Assembly: GCA_022824925.1 (NCBI GenBank)
Contig: JAJDYW010000018.1
Coordinates: 35-64,034 of the forward strand
Direction: 5' to 3'
Source: Dehalococcoidia bacterium
GTDB taxonomy: Bacteria > Chloroflexota > Dehalococcoidia > Tepidiformales > Tepidiformaceae
DNA: 64,000 bases
In this document: piece after piece, positions 55,423 to 63,942 of the stretch
Layout of the letters: each line of letters starts with the position of its first letter
How positions within the stretch are numbered: position 1 is the stretch's first letter
Notes under the pieces: generated by a model
The model's input: the letters and a program-made list of their open reading frames with translations, nothing else
Database searches by the model: none
Told to the model about the DNA's origin: nothing
Made by a program: the position numbers and the translations under genes

Positions 55423-56310
55423 GTGACCGCCGCCATCATCGACGGACGCGCCATCGCCGCCGACCTCCGCGCCGACCTCGCCGGCGAGGTCGGCGAGCTG
55501 AGCGCCCGTGGTGTCACGCCCGGCCTCGCCGCCGTCCTCGTCGGCGACGACCCCGGCTCGGTCAGCTACGTCACCGCCAAGGCCGAGGCCTGCGCCGAGA
55601 TCGGCATCTTCTCCGAGACCTTCCGCCTTCCCGCCGACATCCCCCGGGAAGCCCTGCTCGAGCGCATCGCCGCCCTCAACGCCGACGACCGCTTCCACGC
55701 CATCCTCCAGCAGCTCCCCCTGCCCCCGCACATCGATGAGCGCGTCATCCTCGACTCCATCGCCCCCGCGAAGGACGTCGACGGCCTCCACCCGGCCAAC
55801 CTCGGCCGCCTCCTGCGCGGCGAGAGCGACGGCCCCATCCCCTGCACGCCTCACGGCGTTATGCACCTCCTCGCCACCTCCGGCGTCGACCCCGCCGGGA
55901 AACACGCCGTCGTCGTCGGGCGCTCGTCGCTGGTGGGCAGGCCGCTGGCAGTCCTCCTTTCCAACAAGGCCGCCGGGGCGAACGCGACCGTCACCCTCTG
56001 CCACACCGGCACCGCCGACCTCGCCGCCCACACCCGCACCGCCGACATCCTCGTCGTCGCCGCCGGCCGCCCCGGGACCGTCACCGCGGAGATGGTGAAG
56101 CCCGGCGCCACCGTCATCGATGTCGGCACGAACCGCATCGACGACGCCTCCCGCAAGCGCGGCTGGCGCCTGGTCGGCGATGTCGACTACGCGGGCGTCT
56201 CCGAGGTCGCCGGGCGCATCACCCGTGTCCCCGGCGGCGTCGGCCCCATGACCATCGCCATGCTCCTCGCCAACACCGTCCGCGCTGCCCGCGTCGCCGC
56301 CGCCGGATAG
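55423..56310 (+). CDS. folD: bifunctional methylenetetrahydrofolate dehydrogenase/cyclohydrolase
   Basis: PGLAAVLVGDDPGS, LQLPLP, VVVGRSSLVGRPL, VPGGVGPMTIAML. Confidence 0.95.
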   Translation: MTAAIIDGRAIAADLRADLAGEVGELSARGVTPGLAAVLVGDDPGSVSYVTAKAEACAEIGIFSETFRLPADIPREALLERIAALNADDRFHAILQQLPLPPHIDERVILDSIAPAKDVDGLHPANLGRLLRGESDGPIPCTPHGVMHLLATSGVDPAGKHAVVVGRSSLVGRPLAVLLSNKAAGANATVTLCHTGTADLAAHTRTADILVVAAGRPGTVTAEMVKPGATVIDVGTNRIDDASRKRGWRLVGDVDYAGVSEVAGRITRVPGGVGPMTIAMLLANTVRAARVAAAG

Positions 56311-56354
56311 CTCCCCGCTGGCCCCTCACCCCGTTCCTTGGGACACTGAGACCC

Positions 56355-57459
56355 ATGCACCAGCTCCTGACCCAGGCCCGAGAACTCCTCCTGCGCGTCT
56401 CCGACACGCTGGTGCGTCTTTGACCTCCCCCTGACGGAAGACCGACTCGCCGACCTCGAGGCCCGCTCCGCCGAGGCCTCCTTCTGGGACGACGCCGACA
56501 ACGCCCGCGCCGTCATGCAGGAGATCGCCTCCCTGCGTGAGCGCGTCGAGACCTGGCGCGGAATCGAGCAGCGCGCCCGCGACCAGGCCGAGCTCATCGA
56601 GCTGGCCATCGAGGAGGAGGACGACTCCTTCGCCGGGCAGGCCGCCGCCGATCTGGCCGCCCTCGAGACCGAGCTGGAACGGCTCGAGTTCGAGCTCCAA
56701 CTCTCGGGCGAGTACGACCACCGCGACGCCATCCTCGCGATCCACGCCGGCGCCGGCGGCACCGACGCCTCCGACTGGACCGAGACACTCCTGCGCATGT
56801 ACCTGCGCTGGGCCGAGGCGCGCGGCTACACCACCGAGATCCTCGACACGGCTGAGGGCGAGGAGGCCGGGCTCAAGAGCGCCACCATCGAGGTGCGCGG
56901 TCCTCTCGCCTACGGCTACCTGGCCAGCGAGCGCGGCGTCCACCGCCTCGTCCGCCTCTCCCCCTTCGACGCCGCCCACGCGCGCCACACCAGCTTCGCC
57001 AAGGTCGAGGTCATGCCCGAGGTTGCCTCCACCAGCGAGGTCGAGGTCAACCCCGACGAGATCCGCGTCGATGTCTTCCGCGCGAGCGGCCACGGCGGCC
57101 AGAACGTCCAGAAGAACTCGACCGCCATCCGCATCACCCACCTCCCCACCGGCATCGTCGTGACCTGCCAGAACGAGCGCTCCCAGCACCGCAACCGCGC
57201 CAGCGCCATGAAGGTGCTCGAAGCCCGCCTGCTCGAGCGCGAGCTGCTCGCCCAGGAGGAGGAACGCGCCCGCCTCAAAGGTAAACATGTGGATATGGGC
57301 TGGGGAAACCAGATCCGAAGCTACGTCCTCCACCCCTATAAGATGGTCAAGGACCACCGCACCGAGTTCGAGACGAGCAACACCACCGCCGTGCTCGATG
57401 GAGACCTGGACGACTTGATGGAAGCCTACCTGCGCGCCGGCATGGGAGAAGAGGCGTGA
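56355..57459 (+). CDS. prfB: peptide chain release factor 2 (requires programmed +1 frameshift at 56418-56424)
   Basis: Frame 0 runs ATG 56355 to CTT-TGA (56418-56423). The +1 frame from 56422 reads DLPLTEDRLADLEARSAEASFWDD and joins the 314-aa ORF, which carries SPF and GGQ (SGHGGQNVQK). Confidence 0.9.
56418..56424 (+). promoter_or_regulatory. RF2 programmed +1 ribosomal frameshift site CTT TGA C
   Basis: The exact CUU-UGA-C heptamer is present, with a weak SD-like CUGGUG 3 nt upstream. Confidence 0.85.
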
Positions 57460-59036
57460 GAGCTGCCCTCCTCCTGCCCGCGCTGGCCCTGCTCGCCGGC
57501 CTTGTCTTCGGCCTGCGCGCCCCGGCGCCGGCCCCCGCCCAGTCGCCCGAGTTCACCACCACCATCGTGAATGCGTTCCCCCAGTTCCTCCACTTCCGCC
57601 TTACCGGCGCCGCCCCCGCCGAGGTCACCGACGTCAGCCTGCGTTACCGCGTCGTCGGCTCCCCCTCCCTCGCCCGCGCCAAGCCCGAGGCCTTCCTCCC
57701 CGCCACCGACCTCGACGTCGAGACTCGTGTGTCCACCGGCACCCTCGGCTTCGTCCCCGTCGGCAGCGAGTTCGTCTACCACTGGGAACTCGTCCTCGAA
57801 GACGGCGCGGTGCTCGAGACCGGGGAGGAGCGCTACGTCTACCTCCCGCCCGAAGAGGACTGGCAGAGCGTCCACAACGACTTCATGCGCGTCTACTTCC
57901 ACGGCGGCCGCGAGTCCATCGCGCTCCGCTACCTGGAGGCGGCCGAGCGCACCTACGAGCGTATGGGAAGGATGCTCCAGACGGAGCTCAGGGTCGTACC
58001 CGTGGTCACGGTCCTCTTCGCCTCCGAGGCCGACCTCGAGGAGGCCCAGCCCTTCCGCAGCGAGGCCTACGACGCCGCGACCTTCCTCTGCGGCAGCCAG
58101 GTCGCGATCAACATCATCTTCGTTATCGATCGCAGTTGCGGAACCCGCGACCGCAGCGACACCCTCCGCCACGAGTTCACCCACATCCTTGTCGAGGAGG
58201 CTGGCGAGAGCGCCCTCGGCAAGGTGCCGTCGTGGCTCAACGAAGGAACCGCCGTCTACTCCCAGACCGAGCCCGGGCGGGGCTTCACCGACCCCTTCGA
58301 GGTCGCCCTCGCCGTCGACCGCCTCATCCCCTTCAGCGTCATGATCTCGGGGAATAACGACCCCAGCGACGTCGGTCTCTTCTACGGCCAGTCCTACCAG
58401 ATGGTGCGCTTCCTCATCGACCAGGGCAGCCGGGACGACTTCGCCCGCCTCTTCGCCACCATCAAGGCGGGGAACCGTTTCGATCGCGCCATCGAGATCG
58501 TCTACGGCTGGACGATCCAGGAGTTCGAGGCCGAGTTCCGCGCCTTCCACGACCTCCCGCCCCGCGATCCCACCCCCGTTCGCGAGCAGCCCGCCTCCAC
58601 GCCCGAGCCCACCCCCGCCCCGGAGCAGGCCGAGCCCGAACGCACTCCTGCCCCCACCGAGGCCCCCGAGCAGGTTGAGCCCGAGCCGACCGCCGCCGCG
58701 CCCGCCCCCCGCCAGTCCGCCGGCGACGGTGGCGGCCGCGACCTCAGCAACGTCGCCCTCGGCGCGATCGCCGGCGCGGCCGTCATCGCGCTCCTCGCCA
58801 TCTTCGTCTTCCTGTTCTCGATCATGGTGGGGAACCGCGGTCAATCAGCTGCCCCCGCGACCGCAGCCGAGCCTCCGCCCGACGCGGAACCCTCCGGGCC
58901 GCTTGCCAGTTCCTCTCGCGAGCCGACGTTCGACGCGAGCTCGCGCTCCGAAGAACCGCCTCCTCCCGAGCCCGTGCCGGAACCCGAACCCGAGGAAGAG
59001 CCCGAGTTCGACGAGTGGGGCCCCCGCTCCGGCTAG
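57456..59036 (+). CDS. membrane-anchored MA-clan (HExxH) peptidase-like protein with a Pro-rich tail
   Basis: Signal/TM N-terminus, HEFTHILVEE...WLNEGTAVY (Peptidase_MA_2-like), a late TM segment (VALGAIAGAAVIALLAIFVFLF) and a Pro/Glu-rich C-terminus. Its GTG overlaps the prfB TGA. Confidence 0.7.
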   Translation: MRAALLLPALALLAGLVFGLRAPAPAPAQSPEFTTTIVNAFPQFLHFRLTGAAPAEVTDVSLRYRVVGSPSLARAKPEAFLPATDLDVETRVSTGTLGFVPVGSEFVYHWELVLEDGAVLETGEERYVYLPPEEDWQSVHNDFMRVYFHGGRESIALRYLEAAERTYERMGRMLQTELRVVPVVTVLFASEADLEEAQPFRSEAYDAATFLCGSQVAINIIFVIDRSCGTRDRSDTLRHEFTHILVEEAGESALGKVPSWLNEGTAVYSQTEPGRGFTDPFEVALAVDRLIPFSVMISGNNDPSDVGLFYGQSYQMVRFLIDQGSRDDFARLFATIKAGNRFDRAIEIVYGWTIQEFEAEFRAFHDLPPRDPTPVREQPASTPEPTPAPEQAEPERTPAPTEAPEQVEPEPTAAAPAPRQSAGDGGGRDLSNVALGAIAGAAVIALLAIFVFLFSIMVGNRGQSAAPATAAEPPPDAEPSGPLASSSREPTFDASSRSEEPPPPEPVPEPEPEEEPEFDEWGPRSG

Positions 59037-59039
59037 CGG

Positions 59040-59363
59040 CTAGTCCTGTCCGACTTCGGAGAAGTTCGTAATGGCCACTTCACCCTCGGGGAATTCGGCC
59101 ACGATCCGGAGTCGCCCACCAACGGCCTCGACATACGAGCGGAGGCTGGACACATAGATATCGGCCCGCTGCTCAAGCTTGGCAATGGCGGGCTGGGTGA
59201 CGTGAAGCGTGTCCGCGAGGTCCTTCTGCGTTAGTGCTCTGGCACGTCGCAGTTCGTGCAGCGGCATCTCGGCCAGGAGACCGCGCTTGATGTCGTCAAC
59301 CTGCTGCCGCCGCTCGGCGGTGAAGTCTCTCGTTAGTTCGCGGAAGGGATGGCGTCCACTCAT
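59040..59363 (-). CDS. HTH (XRE-type) antitoxin, HigA-like
   Basis: LHELRRARALTQKDLADTLHVTQPAIAKLEQR. Its start overlaps the toxin stop (ATGA). Confidence 0.8.
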   Translation of the reverse strand: MSGRHPFRELTRDFTAERRQQVDDIKRGLLAEMPLHELRRARALTQKDLADTLHVTQPAIAKLEQRADIYVSSLRSYVEAVGGRLRIVAEFPEGEVAITNFSEVGQD

Positions 59364-59677
59364 TCGATAAGGCCCTCTTGCCGTAGTTCACGCAGATGCT
59401 CGTCGTAGAAGCCGTCTGCAACTGGAATGTACTGTCGATAGAAGCGGTCGTTTCCGGTCTTGTCTCCTCCGATGAGAAGGATGGCCATGCGCCTCGGGTC
59501 GAAGGCATAGAGAACTCGCAGGGGTCTGCCACTGCTCTGGGCTCGTAGTTCCCTCATGGAGCCATGGCGTGAACCCCGGACGTCGCTGGAGTACGGAAAC
59601 GGGAGGCTTGGACCATGTTCCATCAGTAACTCAACCCTCGCTGTCAGCGCGTTCTGTTGACTCGCAGCGAGGGTCAT
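59360..59677 (-). CDS. Gp49/HigB (RelE/ParE superfamily) toxin, apparently N-terminally disrupted
   Basis: GSRHGSMRELRAQSSGRPLRVLYAFDPRRMAILLIGGDKTG is typical of Gp49-like toxins. The expected first strand (VPWEVEYTDQ) sits in another frame at 59718-59674. Confidence 0.7.
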   Translation of the reverse strand: MTLAASQQNALTARVELLMEHGPSLPFPYSSDVRGSRHGSMRELRAQSSGRPLRVLYAFDPRRMAILLIGGDKTGNDRFYRQYIPVADGFYDEHLRELRQEGLIE

Positions 59678-59728
59678 CCACCACGCGCCTGGTCTGTGTA
59701 CTCCACCTCCCAGGGCACGGCATCCAAT

Positions 59729-59753
59729 ATATGACTATTGAGGCATATGACTA
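59729..59753 (-). promoter_or_regulatory. two direct ATATGACTA repeats (16-bp register) in an AT-rich stretch; candidate TA operator/promoter
   Basis: Repeats at 59729-59737 and 59745-59753 lie just upstream of the ancestral toxin start. On the minus strand each reads TAGTCATAT. Confidence 0.45.
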
Positions 59754-60368
59754 GCCCTGCTCCGCCGCCTCCCGGTCCTGCTCGCGAAGGCCCTTCCCCA
59801 CGATGAACCAGCGCTGGAGCGCGGTCGCGTTCGCCAGTACCGCCAGGATGATGATGACCACGGTGAGCCCGTTCGCCAGCAACCCGATGCCCAGCAGCAC
59901 GACCCGCTCCTGGCGCCGGAAGAGCCCCTCGCGCGTGGTCACCCCCAGCGCCTCCCCCCGCGCCCGCACGTAGCTCACCGCGATGCTCCCGAAGAGGGCC
60001 GCGTACCCGAACCCCGCCTGCAGGTCCTCCCCGCGCTCCGCGAAGTACCAGATGCACGCCGCCAGCACGAGCGCCTCGCCGATGCGGTCCATCACGGCGT
60101 CCAGCAGCGCCCCGTACGGGGTCGCCTGCCCGGTCGCCCGCGCCACCGCCCCGTCGACGAAGTCCATGGCGCTGAAGCCGAGGAACACCGCCCCCGCGAC
60201 CAGCAGCCGCTCCTCCGTAATCAGCCAGGCCGCCACCCCGCTCCCGCCCACCCCGGCGAGCGTGATCATGTTGGGCGTGATGCCGAGCCTGCCGATCCCC
60301 CGCCCGATGGCCTCGCTCGCCGCCGCCGGAATGCGCTCGGGCAGCAGCTTCGGCCCGCGCCCGCTCAC
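59751..60368 (-). CDS. pgsA: CDP-alcohol phosphatidyltransferase (phosphatidylinositol-phosphate synthase-like)
   Basis: Exact D-x2-D-G-x2-A-R-x8-G-x3-D-x3-D motif (MDFVDGAVARATGQATPYGALLDAVMD). GTG 60368 overlaps the upstream stop. Confidence 0.8.
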   Translation of the reverse strand: MSGRGPKLLPERIPAAASEAIGRGIGRLGITPNMITLAGVGGSGVAAWLITEERLLVAGAVFLGFSAMDFVDGAVARATGQATPYGALLDAVMDRIGEALVLAACIWYFAERGEDLQAGFGYAALFGSIAVSYVRARGEALGVTTREGLFRRQERVVLLGIGLLANGLTVVIIILAVLANATALQRWFIVGKGLREQDREAAEQG

Positions 60369-61513
60369 GCCCCCGTCGGCTCCCGCTGCGTCGCCTGCGA
60401 GGCCTCGACCTGCCCCCGCTCGTACAGCAGCCGCTCGTAGTAGGCCATCACCCGGCGCGCCACGTTCTCCCAGCTGTAGTGCGCCGCCTGCGCCTGTCCC
60501 TGCTCCGCCAGCGCCTCCCGCAGGTCGCGGTCGCGACGCAGCCGCAGCACCGCCTCCGCCAGGGCGCGGTCGTCCTTGGGCGGCACGAGCAGCCCGTCGA
60601 TCTCGTTCGTGATCACCCCCGCGAATCCCTCGATGTTGCTGGCCACGACGGGTACGCGCGCCGCCATCGCCTCCAGCAGCGCGATCCCCTGGCTCTCGTT
60701 GCCCGTCGCCGGCGAGCAGAAGGCGTGCGCGCTGTGATGGTAGCGCGGCAGCTCGCCGTAGGGCACGTTCGAGCGGAACACGACGTTCTCGTCCGCCCCC
60801 ACGATCCGCTCGTACCGCCGGAAGCTCCCCGCTCCCACCACGATCAGGCGGCTCCGCGGTTCCGCCTCGCGGATGTGGCGGAACGCCCGCAGTGCGTACT
60901 TCAGGCCCTTGCGCTTCTCCGGGCGACCCACGAACAGCAGGTTGAAGCAGTCGTCGTCGAACTCCGGCAAGGGCGCGTGCTCGCCCGCGAAGTGCCCGAA
61001 GTCGATGCCGTTCGGGATCAGGTTGAAGTACCCGGGGAAGTACCGCCCCACGAGCCGAGCCGCCGCCGGCGAGACCGCGATCTTGCCGTCCAGCCTCCGG
61101 AACCAGCGTCGGATCAGCGGGCGCGTGTATCCGTAGAAGCGGTTGCCGCCCTCTTTCGCCGCGTGGAACGTGCCCACGTTCGCCGCCTGCGAGTGGCGCA
61201 GCACCTGGTACGGCAGCAGCGGCATCAGGGGCTCGTGCAGGTGCACGACCTCGAACGCCCCGTCCTCCAGCAGGCTCTCGATCGCGCGCCCCTTCCAGGT
61301 GAAGCTGATGCGCGCCATCGATCCGCTCGCCGGCACCGCCCGCGGACGGCCCATCACCACGCAATCCTCCTCCGCACCCTCCGGGTCCGAGGCCGGCGCC
61401 AGGATCGTGACCTCGTGCCCCCACTGCCGGAACTTCGTCCCCAGCTGGCCGATGTGGCGGTTCACGCCGCTCGGAACGGACCAGTCGTACGGCGATACCA
61501 GCGCGATTCTCAT
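60365..61513 (-). CDS. pimA: GT4 glycosyltransferase, PimA-like (phosphatidylinositol mannosyltransferase candidate)
   Basis: MRIALVSPYDWSVPSGVNRHI, EGFAGVITNEIDGLLVP (E-x7-E region). ATG 61513 overlaps the PHP stop (ATGA). Confidence 0.7.
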   Translation of the reverse strand: MRIALVSPYDWSVPSGVNRHIGQLGTKFRQWGHEVTILAPASDPEGAEEDCVVMGRPRAVPASGSMARISFTWKGRAIESLLEDGAFEVVHLHEPLMPLLPYQVLRHSQAANVGTFHAAKEGGNRFYGYTRPLIRRWFRRLDGKIAVSPAAARLVGRYFPGYFNLIPNGIDFGHFAGEHAPLPEFDDDCFNLLFVGRPEKRKGLKYALRAFRHIREAEPRSRLIVVGAGSFRRYERIVGADENVVFRSNVPYGELPRYHHSAHAFCSPATGNESQGIALLEAMAARVPVVASNIEGFAGVITNEIDGLLVPPKDDRALAEAVLRLRRDRDLREALAEQGQAQAAHYSWENVARRVMAYYERLLYERGQVEASQATQREPTGA

Positions 61514-62244
61514 CGTCCGCTCACCCACGTGCCTCGACGCACCATCTTACGGGGCGTTGCCGAGAACCCCCATGCCAGCCCCAGCAGCGACTGGCCCAGC
61601 CCGATCTCTCGCAGCGACGGCGGCCGCGAGTGCCCCTCCCGCACCGCCCCCGCCGCCAGCGCCGCGTGCAGTTCCTCCGCCGTGCTTCCCTCGAACTCGG
61701 TCCAGCCCGTTCCCAGCTGGGGAAGGTGGTGGCAGTCGCTCCCCCCGCAGACCGGCAGCTTCCAGCGTGCGTTGTTGCGCTCCGCCGTCTGGCGTGCCGT
61801 CACCCGCCCCGCCGGGCTCAGGTTGGCCTCGATCGCGTCGAACGTGACCCCCTCTTCCCCCCGGGCCACCACCCGATCGATCGTGCGGCGGCTCAGCGAG
61901 CGTGTCAGCCAGCTCATCGGGTGGGCCGCAATCGCGATTCCCCCCTGCGCGTGGATCGCCTCGATCGTCGCCTCCACCGACCGGAAGATGGGAGGGGTGC
62001 GCTCGATGAAGAGCGCCAGCAGGTGCCCGTGCCGCGTGGTGATCTCCGCGCCGGGCACAACCTGGACGCGCAGCCCCCGCTTCGCCGCCAGCTCCCGCGC
62101 CTCCAGACCGCCCCGTACGTCTTCGTGGTCCGTAATCGCGATCACGTCCAGTTCGCCCAGCCGCTCGGCCCGCTCCAGCACCGTCTCGACGGACGCCATC
62201 CCGTCGGAGATGCGGGTGTGGATGTGCAGGTCGGCCCTACCCAC
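61510..62244 (-). CDS. PHP-domain metal-dependent phosphoesterase
   Basis: ADLHIHTRISDG, IAITDHED, GGSDCHH. Confidence 0.8.
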   Translation of the reverse strand: MGRADLHIHTRISDGMASVETVLERAERLGELDVIAITDHEDVRGGLEARELAAKRGLRVQVVPGAEITTRHGHLLALFIERTPPIFRSVEATIEAIHAQGGIAIAAHPMSWLTRSLSRRTIDRVVARGEEGVTFDAIEANLSPAGRVTARQTAERNNARWKLPVCGGSDCHHLPQLGTGWTEFEGSTAEELHAALAAGAVREGHSRPPSLREIGLGQSLLGLAWGFSATPRKMVRRGTWVSGR

Positions 62245-63073
62245 AGGCGTGTACCTCCCAGAAGTCCTCCAGGACCGTCCATTGTCCGGGGTCGCGCCGC
62301 AGGTGTGCGCCGAACAGGTCCGCCCAGCGCTGCGCCGCTGCCGCGATCGCCTCCTCCCGGTCCCCCTCCGACGGCACCGTGAACGGTTCCTCGATCCACA
62401 CCGTCTGGTCGTACGTACCCCGCCGCGAGAAGAACAGCGGCACCACGGTTGCCCCCGATCGGCGCGCCAGCTCCCAGGGCCCCCGCGGGAGCCGCACCCG
62501 CCGCCCCAGGAGTGTCGTGCAGATGCCCCCGCCGCCCAGGTCGCGATCCGCCAGCAGCGTCACCATCCCACCCGCCCGCAGCTCGCGCAGAGCTTCCCGC
62601 GTGCCGGCCAGGTCGACCTCCACCACGCGCCCCCCGGCGATCTCCCGCAGCCGCGCCATCTCCCGCCCCAGCGCGGGCGGCTGCAGCGCCTCCACCAGCT
62701 CCACCCACCTCCGCCCTCGCTGGGCGACGGCTATGAGCGCCAGCTCCGGGTTCCCCGTGTGCGCGCTCGCCACGATCAGGGGTCCCGGTTCGAACAGCGC
62801 GGGCACGTGCTCCTCCCCCACGACCTGCAGGTGGTCGCGCTCGTAGCGAGCGTGGTCGCGGTAGCCCAGTGTCGCGAGGTCGACGTGGTACTTCGCGGCG
62901 TTCTGGAACGCCCGGCGGGCGGCCTCCCGCGCCCGCTCCCGGTCCCCGTCGCAGGCCGGCAGCAGGTTCTCCTCGAGCCGCACCCGCGCGTTCACCCGCA
63001 GCGTCCACATCACCCACGCGGCGGCTCGCGCCAGCGCATACGCCGGCCGCGGGAAACGGCCGGCGACCGGCAC
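62237..63073 (-). CDS. lysophospholipid (HtrB/PatA-like) acyltransferase, copy 1
   Basis: IVASAHTGNPEL (H-x4-[DE]-like), TLLADRD, PRGPWELARRSGATVVP, QWTVLEDFW. GTG 63073 was chosen. The upstream part of the 577-aa track ORF is a shadow. Confidence 0.7.
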   Translation of the reverse strand: MPVAGRFPRPAYALARAAAWVMWTLRVNARVRLEENLLPACDGDRERAREAARRAFQNAAKYHVDLATLGYRDHARYERDHLQVVGEEHVPALFEPGPLIVASAHTGNPELALIAVAQRGRRWVELVEALQPPALGREMARLREIAGGRVVEVDLAGTREALRELRAGGMVTLLADRDLGGGGICTTLLGRRVRLPRGPWELARRSGATVVPLFFSRRGTYDQTVWIEEPFTVPSEGDREEAIAAAAQRWADLFGAHLRRDPGQWTVLEDFWEVHACG

Positions 63074-63096
63074 GCCCGCCCTGAGAGCGGTCAGGG

Positions 63097-63942
63097 TCAG
63101 GGTCCCTTCAGAGGTTCGTCCGAGGCGTGTGCTTCCCAAAACTCGCGGAACATATACCACTGATCGGGGTACCGGCGGACGAAGGCCTCGTGCGCCGTCA
63201 TGATCGCCTGCGTCAGCGCCTGCACGTCGTGGGCGTTGTTTCCGCTTGGTTCGAAGTCCAGGTCGAAGTTCGAAAGCACGTCGATGCGCCCTGCCCCTCG
63301 CCGCGGGAACGCCACCGCCCCGACGGCCGCCCCCGTGTGCAGCGCCAGCCGCGCCGGCCCCGCCGGCACCTCCACCACCTCGCCGAAGAAGCGCACGCGC
63401 ACGCCCCCCTCGCTCAGCGGCCGGTCGATCAGTGTGGCCACCATCTCGTTCCGTCGCAGGGATCGCACCAGCGAGGGCCCCACCTTCTCCATCTTCACGA
63501 GCCGCACCCCGAGTGCCTCCCGCCCCCCCACGACGAGTTCGTCCAGCCTCGGATTCCCGAACGTCTCCCCCACCACCGTGAGCGAATACCCGCGCGCCGC
63601 CGCGATCGTCGCTCCGAGGTCCCAGTTGCCGAAGTGCATCGGCGCGACCACCGCCCCCCGTCCCCGTGCCAGCCCCCGGTCGAGCCCCTCGAATCCCGGT
63701 GTCTCCACCCCGACCGCCAGTCGCTCCGCCGGCGAGAGGTTCCCGCTCGCCGCGAACTCGACCATGTAGCGCAGGTAGTTCGCCAGCGACGCCCGCGCGA
63801 CCCGCCGGCGCTCCCGCGCCGGCGCATCGGGAAGGACGCGCTCGTAGTTCCGCGCCATCGTCTGCCGGGCCTGCGGCCAGCAGTAGTACATGACGCTGCC
63901 CACGAGCCCCGCGATCGCGCAGAGCACCGGCAGGGGAATCAC
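63097..63942 (-). CDS. lysophospholipid (HtrB/PatA-like) acyltransferase, copy 2
   Basis: VVAPMHFGNWDL, TLIDRP, PAGPARLALHTGAAV, DQWYMFREFW. It is a paralog of the adjacent gene. Confidence 0.7.
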   Translation of the reverse strand: MIPLPVLCAIAGLVGSVMYYCWPQARQTMARNYERVLPDAPARERRRVARASLANYLRYMVEFAASGNLSPAERLAVGVETPGFEGLDRGLARGRGAVVAPMHFGNWDLGATIAAARGYSLTVVGETFGNPRLDELVVGGREALGVRLVKMEKVGPSLVRSLRRNEMVATLIDRPLSEGGVRVRFFGEVVEVPAGPARLALHTGAAVGAVAFPRRGAGRIDVLSNFDLDFEPSGNNAHDVQALTQAIMTAHEAFVRRYPDQWYMFREFWEAHASDEPLKGP

